A stretch of 64,000 nucleotides of DNA from Tubulanus polymorphus. Its lineage: Eukaryota; Animalia; Nemertea. This document shows positions 26,301-38,300 of this stretch, one piece after another; position 1 is the stretch's first letter; each line of letters opens with the position of its first letter. The position numbers and the translations under genes are program-made. Location of the stretch: NCBI RefSeq assembly GCF_964204645.1, contig NC_134025.1, positions 12,090,001 through 12,154,000 of the forward strand, in the 5' to 3' direction. The notes under the pieces are model-generated. The model did no database searches. It was not told where the DNA came from and saw only the letters and a list, made by a program, of their open reading frames with translations.

Positions 26301-29300
26301 AGTAGCGGCATCAAGTTTCAACAGACGCTTATTCGCTGTAGCTACGAGTAAATTTCGGACGTTTGAAGGCGAGTACGCAACTTGTAGAGCTGTATCTATA
26401 ACGGTACTACTAGGCCCACAAGCAGGTTCAATGGTACTAATATCAATATGCATCACCTGAATCAATAAATTAACGTAACACCTGTAGCATATAGTGAGAG
26501 AGGAAAAGTCAATGCAAATATCAGGACTATGGAACAAAAAATTGGTCAACTTCTTGGGTGCCTTATGTCAACACCAAAGCTTTTGGGAGGTTTGACATTA
26601 ATCAATATGCTGTCACCATCTACATGGTTAGGCACATTCAGTGCAAATGATCCATCTTTACAAATTGTACAACAAAAACGTGAATGGACCCCATACAGCA
26701 AATAACGGGTACATTACTGCGAGGCTATGCCATCAATTCCACTTTCACTTTACGAGTTATTGCCCATTACCCATTATTTGATGTTTTTAGCTTTCCAAGC
26801 GTAACAAAAATTAATCAGCGACAGAACCGTCAACCCTAATTCTTTTTTATGCGGACAGATTTTTCATTTGAAGCGTACAAACCAGACCTCCATAGAAACA
26901 AAGTGTAATTCACAAAATTACAGTCAACCCCCGATATACTGCCCTCCCAATAGGTATATCGGGGGTTGACTGTATATATGAAAATGCTTGGTTAAGATAC
27001 TGATCCCTGGGTAGTAGAGCAATGAAATCCACTTCAAAAGTAAATACATTCCAATGCTCGATAGATATACCTGGTGATGGGATTTCCCCGATTTTCACAC
27101 ATGTTCATAAAGCGATACTACAAGATTTACACTTCATTCGAAATTGGAGAGTGGAATAAGCTTCACTTGTCTATTACATCCATTGTGTATATAGTTGGAC
27201 AGACAATCAATCAGGGTCATAACCGGTAAGCTTAATATCAGGAAAAAGGGGGAAATAATTTGGCAGGACATAACTCAAACGATCGAGACATCGAGATGGA
27301 GCGATAGCTTTGTGGCAGTTAAACAGCTTCAATTGTTTTTAGTCAACATCTCTAAAAAAATTATTAACATGGTTCCCTCAGTTACATGAATCTAAAATTT
27401 ACCAATTTTTTCCCAAGTATTTCATGTGATTTTTCAATTTTTCCAAATGGACAATGGGACAATGAATTTCCCAAACATTTCCCTGATTAGAAGAAAATTC
27501 ATCAAATTCCCAAATATTTCAAAACTGGGAATATTATTTCAAAAAGTTTTTCCCAATTTCCCAGTACTATGGGAACCATATAGTTATCAATGAGTAACAA
27601 ACGTACCTCATCCAACGATCGTGCATTCAGCACCGATATGGTGAAATCGGTCGGCCCAATCACAGCGATGTGCCGTCCATTCGGGTTTACAGCGATCGTA
27701 TTCGGCGCCGACTTATCACCCTTAGCAACGATATTACCGAGCAATCGTACAAGCGGATAAGTATCCGTGCTAGCATCATAAAGTACCAACGTTCCCAGTT
27801 CACCGGCGCTGTACAGAAAGTCACCCATTGGCGAGTAGGCCAGCCCGGTTACTTTTCCTCTGTGCTGACTGAAATGAATGCAGATATTACCTTCATAAGA
27901 GCTACATACTCGTAAGACATTAAGAGATTGATTGAAATCAACGTCTTAGCATATTCAGCTACCTCACATAAATCTTATATGCAGAGTTGCCACTTATGTG
28001 AAGCTAAAAATCCGGAAAATAAGTCGGGGGGTCTGGGGTCCTTCCCCCAGAAAATTTTTTGAAATTAGAACGCCAGGAGATGCGTTCTGGCGCAATACGC
28101 ATTATAGGCCTCACTTTCATTACCGCCTATAAATCATTTTTTCAAATAGCGATTGGTTCCGTCAAATACACCTCATATAAACCCCAGAGCCAAAAACAAA
28201 CGAAGCGTCAGTCGATTTCGATCGTCGCGTCATCTTGGTTTAATCGTGTACTGCGGGGTTGTTGCCACTACGTGGCAGCACAATACGGCTTTTTCGAACC
28301 CGCTACGGAGCCGTCACGTTCTGATGTTTAGGGTCGAATCCCGAATTGATTTTATTTTTTTGGCGATGTTTTCTTTTGTGGTTATTTGACTTCTCCCGAA
28401 AGTGGCAACTCTATATATGGCAAATATAATTGGTTTTTCAATGAGGCCTAATCATAACTTCACGTTTCGCTGAGCATGCTCCAGCTGATTCACAAAACAA
28501 CTTTCATGGAAAAACCAATCGTCAAATGTTAGAGGCCCATGGACCTTGAAGCTTCGGAACTAATGTTATAATTTTAAGAATATGTATGTAACCAAGATTG
28601 CTCGTTGGAGTGGCTAAGAGAGAAACGGATGGATAATCATTTTTCCGCATTTTTTAACTAACGCAGGCAGTGGTTAGATGTGTTAAGAACGAATGCTTCA
28701 GGTTGATTTTTTTCCCTACGATTCATGCCAAGTAAAATTGAAATGAATTTGGTTTGTTGAATAAAATTGTATCCGAAATTAAGATTTGCTGCTTTAAGAT
28801 TTAATCTAATTAGTTTTAACATTAATACTAAAACTCATAAAAGTTTATGAAACTCAAGCCGTACCAACTAGAGCATGTAATTCAACTACTTCAAATTTCA
28901 GAGTGAGATATGGCTTGATTGAGTCACAACGATGACTTAGAAAAGATCGCCAGGCGCAATGATTAGAAGGTGCCCATTCACACCTAATGATGTTGTCATC
29001 CGCTTTATTAATTGGACAATCAAAGAACGCAAAAACAGGCCCATGCACACGGACTTTTCAACTTAATATAATATTATCAGAGCTATCACTGAAGCTAAAA
29101 ATGGCATGTTTCAGGTAAAAAAAAGAACTTACTGATATTCAGCCAACATGCTTGTAGTTTCAACACTAAATATTCGAACGATTCCATTCACGAATCCACA
29201 GGCGAAAACTTGTTTCGATGGATGACAAATAACCGCACATGGACATTCCTGTGGAGCACTGAAGTCATAAAGCTGAAAATATTTACACAATTAATAACTT

Positions 29301-32300
29301 TTGCAAACTGTTACTGTCCGGTTTACAGAATTCATTTAAGTTGAGGCCAGAAGATGAAACTAATTTGCATCTAGCTGGTTGGTCTTATTAGATCATTACA
29401 AGGCTATGATGGTTATGAAACAAATCGTTCCTTAGACCCATCAATAAATACATTCCTAAAACCAATAATTACATGAGAATTTTCATAGAATATTGACTAG
29501 CTCACGTTGTAAATCATGACCAAACCATGTCCTCAACAGGGCTATGATATAATACACATCGTAAACGTAATGCCAAATTTCCAATGTACTTTTGGGTCAA
29601 GGTCAACGAAAATGAGAACGTTATCATAGGTGATGAATCAAAATCTTAGAAAATACCAACCAGTCTATAAAGTTGTGAGCACTAATCATTTACCTGCTGT
29701 AGAGTGTCTATATCCCAAACACGGATTGTATGATCGGCAGAGACTGTCACGATGTTCCTTCTCAATGTATCCACGCTGGCAGCATGTATTCTATCCATGT
29801 GACTTCGCATCAGAGTCGTATACTGTCTAGTGGCTACATCCAGTACGCCTAGATTACCCTGTTGGAAAAGCAATTCACAAGGAAAGCTTGTTACGTACGT
29901 TACACCAGATGGTTATATATTTTGCTAGCAAAACCTGAAAGGCCCCGATTTTGATGCTTTCGACAATAAGGGCTTGCGTCACTGAAAGTACAGTTGTTCA
30001 AAAATGTGTGCTAATTGTGGCCAAAAAAATGGTAGCATGAGCCAAATTAACACTTTAGAAGTAAATTAACACTTACAGTAATGGTTCCAGCTAAAATCTT
30101 CAACCCGTCATCAGTAATTGCAACTGCTGTTACAGGCCCTTCATGCTCTGAAACATTGAATATTCCTGATTTAACTGATTGAATATAAAATCATGAACCT
30201 TCAGATGAGAAACATGCTTCATTTTATGCTAGATCCAACAACAGACACAACGAACAAATTTTCTGTTCATAACCCGGTGACGCAATTGACTGTCAATTGA
30301 GTCAACACCCTGGTTAAGTTTTAACCGGCCCCCTGGGCCCAATTTCATGCATGAGACATGAAGTAAGTTATAGCAAAACCAAAAAAATTTTTTTCACGGA
30401 ACTGGCCAACGAGGTTTACTGTAGCTAAGTTCCAGTGTATTTATTTTGGTATGAATTTAATCCTTTTAAACTTTTTAATTATTTTTATATCAACTAATTC
30501 CGATAAATTAGGCAAAGGGAGGGCCTAGGGGAGGGCAGTTGGGGGGCAACTGCTCTAGAATCGTTTATACTGCAGTTATGAAACAGGAGATGAAATTGAA
30601 ATAGCACCTGCTTCCAGATAAACATGAGAGAAATCCAATGACCACAATCGAAGGAAGCCGTCATCAGAACCAGTCACGCAAAATGAATCAGTCACGCACA
30701 TACTGTTAATACCAATACCAGAACCTGTAAAATGATCAAAATAACAACACAACAATAGACAACCAGGCTAGGGCATTTATTTCAAAAGTCCAAAATTGAT
30801 GGACCATAATAACATCGACATACTTTCAAGGAAAAAAAATGCCAGCGCACACTTGACCCTAAAAATGACTTGAATTCAATAAAGATACCATGGTTTTATA
30901 ACACCAAATCAGCTAAAATGCCATTTTTCTGGGAGCCAACAGACTTTAACTGTAAATGGTGTCCTTCCTATTCATCCTCACTGTGGGAATTCAAAACCTA
31001 TTAGCAAGCAGTCATTAATCCCTTTTCCAGAGATGTGAGAAACCTGATTTAGAGTCGGCATATGTTTGCAGCATCAACAGTCTCCTTTGTCAGGGGTCTG
31101 AATGCTGACAGTTTTCCGATGCATCAAGTTCGAATCCGTGGAAGGGACAATGTTTAAGGAACAAATTACCGATAAGTTTTATTCTAACCATTGGTGCCTG
31201 AAATTACAAGCTCCATCCGTTTTCCCCAGGTTGCGGGATTGTTATTTTACATTAATATATAGGGCCTATGTGTATATCAAATATTGTCATCATTCCCTAA
31301 AACGAACAAGAGCCCCCCAAGTTGTGGTTGAATCATATTTGAAAAATTAAACTTTAAAATTGAATTTGAATATTTGCTTTCAAGGTCTAATCCTGTCAGC
31401 AACGTATTCCGTTTTGCATGGCTCTAATCACGCATGAGTCTACAGCGCTAAAGAAGAGTATCGATACATAACAGGCCTCCAGAGCCATAAGGAAGATTTT
31501 TCAATAGACAATGAAGCCAATGATACAATATGATATTGTTTATACAAAGGGCTAGTTGAAAAAATATCATGTGTGTGAAAACATTCAACTACCGTGGTAA
31601 TATGATCTTAAAATTGGCACATGCAATTTTCAACCCGGTATCCTCAGATCAACTAGCCCCCCAAAGTTAACTCTTTACTACCTGAATGGAACGTTGGTCG
31701 ATCTTTGTCTTTTTTCTTCTTAGTCACCGGTAGCAGACGATGAACTTCATTGATGGCCATCTTTTGATGATTTATTGAGAACATGTGGCCAGATTTGCTA
31801 CAAACATAGCTGAAATAGGAACAGGATCATTTCACTTTGCTAAATACACTGTAACTATCATTCTCAGTCCCGTCAAGTAAAAAGAAAAGAAACTGTAGAT
31901 TTCCATTAGGCAAGTGATTGCCTATCTAAGAATGATGTAAAACCGTAAGTTTAAAGAAAGATGCCATGAGCCATTTTTAAAACTGAGTTAATTTCCAAAA
32001 AGCTTGAAACAATAATATTGAATAGAGGGCAAGGTTATTTATTGATACCTGTAGCAATTAGTATTAATTGGAACAACTGATTTTGGAGGATAAACCTACG
32101 TTACGTAGGTAAAATTTCACTGTGATACATTAAGGTACTCTTAAAAGCCCTTTCTTATAAAAGTGGGTTTTTCTTCATTTAGAAACTTGGGGGGATTTTT
32201 AGAAATATGCTTTTACTGCGACACTTTTACTGTAAACCATAAGTTAAATATTCGCAATATCATCTTTATGAGCAATACATGATGTAATCAAATACCGATA

Positions 32301-35300
32301 ATAATTTTTTCTTCCGTTAAAAGTAATCAATTCAATTTTGATCAATTAACCTGATACTGGCAATTTCGAAAAATTGACCTGATACTGGTATTTCATTTGA
32401 TCGTAAAATCTACTTAATGAATCGATCACTTCGAATGTAAACTAAAAGTAAATCATGCTCTCGAATGATCTCAAATCATTGTACATAAATGTTTGAATCA
32501 TTCTACTATACTCACAATAATCGTTCATTTGGATCACGCGTCGCATCAAACCCTTCCTCGTAACAAATATCACTGAATTCCATCGTATGGTATTCGCCCA
32601 AATTTACTGGTGCCGAACGCAAGGCGCCATCTCTGATACGCCATACTCGAATGTTGTCTCTCCCGCACGATATCAACCTGTACGTTGATAATAAAATTAT
32701 AATCTTAAAGAGTATCTCTGGCGCCAACAACCACAATGAGTGGATATGTTCAGTGACGCTCATACTTAATACCACCAAACAGTCATAAAGACTAGTCTTT
32801 ATGAATAAAGATTAGTTTTTGAAAGCACTAATATCCAAGTAACATGTATATTGTTCAGTGCTGAGGAGTCATCTATCAGGCCAAGAACTTAAATAATTTC
32901 TATTTGGTGGAGATGGGCTACACGGTGATTAGTGTCTTGTCCATTGAAACTACCGACAAAATTTATACGGACCCTTAAAACCATAAGTCTGTCTAAATCT
33001 AAGACCAAGCAAGGTAAGGCTTCCTGTACTAATGGCGTACAATTAATTTTATGATCACAAATCATAACTTCAAAATATACAAATTATCTATGATGAAAGA
33101 CAACATTTGAACAGTAGACATATCCCAAATCTACTACAATAATACACGTTATGTGATTAAAGCACATGACAGTTCAATGTCTACGTGAAATTATGGTTAC
33201 TATTTCACGTTGATCAGTACCTCGACTCGTCGAACTGGGCGATTCGAATTCTCGATATATCGACATCGGTATGTGCCTTAGCCACAACGGTAGCTTCACC
33301 GTGACTAGCAGCTCGAGTTGTATTCCACACCACAACCATCTGTAACCATACATTGAAATGTACACTTTTAAATAGGATTCATATTATATAGACAGATTTT
33401 GTCTTCAAACTTGATATGTATGTATAACTTACGTTTTTACCATGACCATCTTTGCCTACTCCGCAAATCATGTTACCGCTGCTCGAGATGCTATAAAACA
33501 TCAGAAACACAGTTTTGAAATATCATTATCAATACTAGACAATGTATGCAATCAACCATATAATAGGATGAAATATTGAGTTGAAACCTGGAATTCTAGT
33601 CCCATTCCAGAAATGTTTCCCATGATTGACAAAGCCACACCTAATGGATACATGGGTGACTCCACATTATCATTCTGACCACAACTGAACAGATGATACT
33701 GTTGTAATGCGCTGGTTACGCAATTAATTCTAGCCATCTCAGAAAACTCAGTTCATAGAATGACCAAGTCACAAGTTTCAAAGACTTTCCGGTTTGACAT
33801 TGAATATGGCTGAAATATAACACAGGCATCTGACAATCACAAGGATGGATCCTCAAGCCAGTTGCACAGTCTGGATTTAGATTCAAGACCAGACTAAGCT
33901 CACTTTCTTAGTTGTATAGTCAATCAACTTAAGAAACGTCTTAAGTTTTTAGATCACTTTTGAAGTCAGAGCTGTGCAACTGACCAAAGTTTGACTCTAG
34001 TCAAATTAGTTCATTTACAGTGACAATTTCCTCTGTATATCTTAACCAAAACTGTGTAACTAGATGATGACCTCAGCTTTGACAATTGCCCATCAAAATT
34101 TTTTTCTTCCTTTCAAAAGAAAAAATCAGCCATATTTGTTAGATATGCAAGATCATTACCTCAATGTTGACAGCGTATGCACGTGTGCTTTGAACAAGGC
34201 CAAACATTCCCTTGTTTTAAAGTTCCAAACGCGTACAGCGCTCTGATGGCCAGTCTGCCCAGAAGCGAGCAGCGTTGAAGCTCCGTTGAAACTTAGACAG
34301 GAAACCTTGTCGGTGTGTCCGATCAGAAAACGCTGGTAGCCATTGCGCGCGTTCATAGCGACGATCACGGCATGACAGGGGTAGACAATATACTCTTGGT
34401 CGCGGCTCCACACTGCATCTCGACAACTCGCGCCACCGAAACCAACAATTCGTTTCAATTGAAGAATAGGATCCGGTTTCAAACACTGAAATTTTCATTA
34501 GAAAAAAAAACCTATTTCATTACTTTTATACACAAATTTATCATAATGATAGATACAGATCATATCAGAAACTATTATTCTCAATCAAAGGCAGATCATA
34601 TCAGAAACTATAATTCTCAATCAAAGGCAATCATACCTTATAAGATGGCTTCTTTTCAGGTTTCTTTAATGGTTTTGATTCTCTCTTGACATCCACTTTA
34701 TGAACCTAGGAAACAATGGGTATGATTTGGTTTCGTGTATTGCTTTTTTTTTTTTACATGTTTTCACTATTCATATTTCTTCTAGAAACATCAATAAAAC
34801 TCATGTACATGTACTGGAAGTAATTACATGGATAAAACAGATGTATGGTCTATACAATATACAGTTTTTACCACAAATTGGGATAATTCTAATAACAATA
34901 ATTTTGCCGTGAACAGAGAAAACCTACCAAAGATGCGTCATTCTTTTGCCTGTGCACAACGATATCATCGTGAGGGTGAGCAAAGATATGAACTTCGCCC
35001 AGAGCGTCTTGAACAACATCAACGTCATCTCTGTCGGCATCCTTGGGAATTCCAACGAGTGGTAACTCTGTAGCAGTTGTCACAACTCTCCTCTTCGGAC
35101 TCTATATAGAATTACAATTTCAAATGAAAACAATTTAGAATCAGTTAACAGAATTGTTCCTATATCAGTTGAGATTTACTCTTTAGTATTTTGGCTGCAA
35201 CAATCACCAGTTATCTTAAAATGTCATTATCAATATCACTGATAGATAAAGGCCTAGTAGAGGCCTATAGGTATCTGGATATTGAACTGCCTCACAAAAA

Positions 35301-38300
35301 TGTCTCTAATGGGTCAAAATCATGTACTATGTACATGTATCATGTCCAAATGATGACTTAAACTATTTAGTAAAATTTTTCGCTTTACCTTTTTTGGGGT
35401 GGTCAGTTTATCTATAAGCGTCACTCGGTCAGATACAGCTTTGCTGACATCTTTAGTACGCGGAGAGATACGTTTCGGAGACAAAGGGCAATTATTGACT
35501 ATGAATGATCCTGGCGGTCCTGAAATCATAGATTGAGTCTGTCAAACCTGTTTTGTAGACTAGTTTTGGCTATAAACTGGAGATTTAAGTTGAAATCGAT
35601 CTATAAAACCGGCAATGTAGGAAACTTTGAGTAAAATAAGTTGATTTAATGAGCATTTCTTCTTTAGGCCTACCATTTTTCATTGGTGGACTACTGCGAC
35701 CATGTTGAATAGAATCAAATGGTTTTCTTGTTCCATCCGATGGAAACCTGAAAAATGCAATTGACTCACACTTATGAGGCAAATGAAGTAGACCACACAA
35801 CTACGGATAATGGACAGGCTTGAATGAAATGCCCTCGTCCGACTGGGCCCAAAGTGGAACCATACACCCCACAACTGCATTTATATTTCTCCATAAATAC
35901 TTGCCTTATCAGATCATAATTATCATGCCAGTATTCGCCCTTGGATAATGGGTAAGACATCTCGCGTGGGACTGGCCGCACGCCATTCAACGTCAGTCCA
36001 GTTCGTTTAACCTCCTCCAATGTCATGCCTGAAACAAGTTCATATTCATCAGCCACCCATTTAACACTACGGCAAAGTTCATTGTAGGCAATATTCAATA
36101 TACCAAACCTCCTCAATCGTAGTAGTATACCAAGCATTACCAGTGTGTTGCATGCACTAGGCCTCAATACATGTCATTTTTTTGGAGAAGTTTTCAAGAG
36201 AGTAATTTGATATCAGAAACAGTAGTTAAATAGTTGAAAATGAAATATAAATAATTAGCTATAAAATGAACTTAAACTTGGTCTTAACCCAATAGACCGC
36301 AGAACGTCCGCCGACGTTCGACTTATATCCATGCAGAACGTCTGCTGTACTATAGCGCCACATAGTTTGAGGGGGTCAAAGGTCAAACTCTTGACCAAAT
36401 CCATACAGCAATAGAAAGCCTGCATAAATATCTTCAAATAACCAATGGTTGTATGCATCATTTTCAGTTGTTTTCACACTGAATCTCTACTAATCGTTAT
36501 GTGCAAATTCAATTGGCTAATTAAGCGTTTGTTATTCTGGAACATATATATGAAGTCGTGGCGTCCAATGGGTTAATCTTAGCTCAAAATCATTGTAATT
36601 TAAAATTTTTCTAGCCCAAGTGAAATTTGCAGCCACAATTCAGTTGACTAATGCAAATGGAAGGTAAGCAACAACAATTTGTAAGGACAAGCAGGAATAG
36701 ATTCACGAGACCTACCCGGTTCATACTCATTGTCACTGGTGAAGATGTTTTTCACAAGCATATTAGCGCAAAGCTTGATGTTTTTCAGGTACGAATACTT
36801 TCGATTCAGGTACATTGACAATATATATGAAAAATCCAAACTCAATAGGGTCCAACGCGCGGATAATGGTGTTGGACCACTGTCATCTAAAAAATGAAAT
36901 ATGTGACACGATTAAATTGCTGGTAGTAGTGATTAAGCTGAATATAGTGATAACAGTCAAGCCAAGGTGCATCAATGGTTTTCTGACATAGTCAAGCAAT
37001 ACTCAAAGCACTTTTGAATTTTTCCAGACAACACCTACATAGATGCCAGTATGTTGAAGTACTCAAATGTACGGATTTTATCATAATTCTGATAAATTGT
37101 TAATTCTACCAGTATTCAACTACGCAACTACTTTGTGATTGCATAGCAGAAACGTTTCTTTCGTATTTTTCATTTAGTCCAAATAAATCTATTCAGTTTA
37201 CCTTTTACACATCCTAGTATATATAATCTATTCTGTCATATTAACAGTTATTTCATAATTGATATTTGGTTCGAAAGAACAGGATCCATACACTAAGTGA
37301 TGGATATAACGTAGCACCTCTGATGTGCACCACTCTCGCCACTGGTTGGACGGTACTCGTTCAACATTTTGCAGTCTTCCGTAATGACAAGCATTGCAAA
37401 ATTTGTGCAATGAATTTTGTGGTTCTCTGACACATTTCATTACCCTACAGCTGGGTGTACATGATATACACAGGAGCCCTTAATGGACCCATTGACCAAT
37501 TTTGCTCCCAGTGGAGGAAAAATCTTCAAGGTGATGCCGTTCTTTAGTCAAATGCGGGTTCATCAAAAAAGGTTAATCATGAGTAAAAAATAAAGAAATA
37601 TGCTTCAGCTTTAAATCGAAATTTCAAATAACTCTTGGGAGAGAGCCAAACACATGCCAAAGTATCAGAGACAACAGGGGCCAGTTGCACAATCATGACT
37701 TAGATTTATTCGAAGATCAGTCTAAAACCACCTTGCTACAGTCAATCTAACAACTTAAGACCAGACACCAAGTTCAAGCCTAACTTTACTCTTCAGTCTC
37801 GACAGTGCAACCTGGCCCCGGTTATATATTCTAGTTTGATAAAGATACTAACCTTTACCCACTGAGGCTGTATTACCGTGCACCGAACTCTTCGAGGAAT
37901 GGCAAATAAACGGGAACTGAAGCCAAGTCGATGTCGACTTGAACTCTTTGAACATATTCGAGAACGATACGCGCACGACCAGACCGTCGATCGTTGCGAC
38001 ATCCATGTGCACGACGAAATACTTCGTCGGAATCGGTCGGAACAACAGATAGAGAAACCGACCGGTCAAACCCAACGACTGAGTACTCGTTTTAGGCAGC
38101 TGTATGTAGTTACCCGCCGGAACAGAGCCGGTGATTTTGAAAACTGTACATTTCAGTGTTTTGTCCTGAAAAAGTGATAATATAGCAAAGTAATAAGCTA
38201 TACGAATGAAGATGTTAATCAATTGTGCTGAATAGGCCAGATAGCTATGTTACATGGAGCACAGAGAGTTCATCATTAAATGTACTTTCTTGGTACCAAG

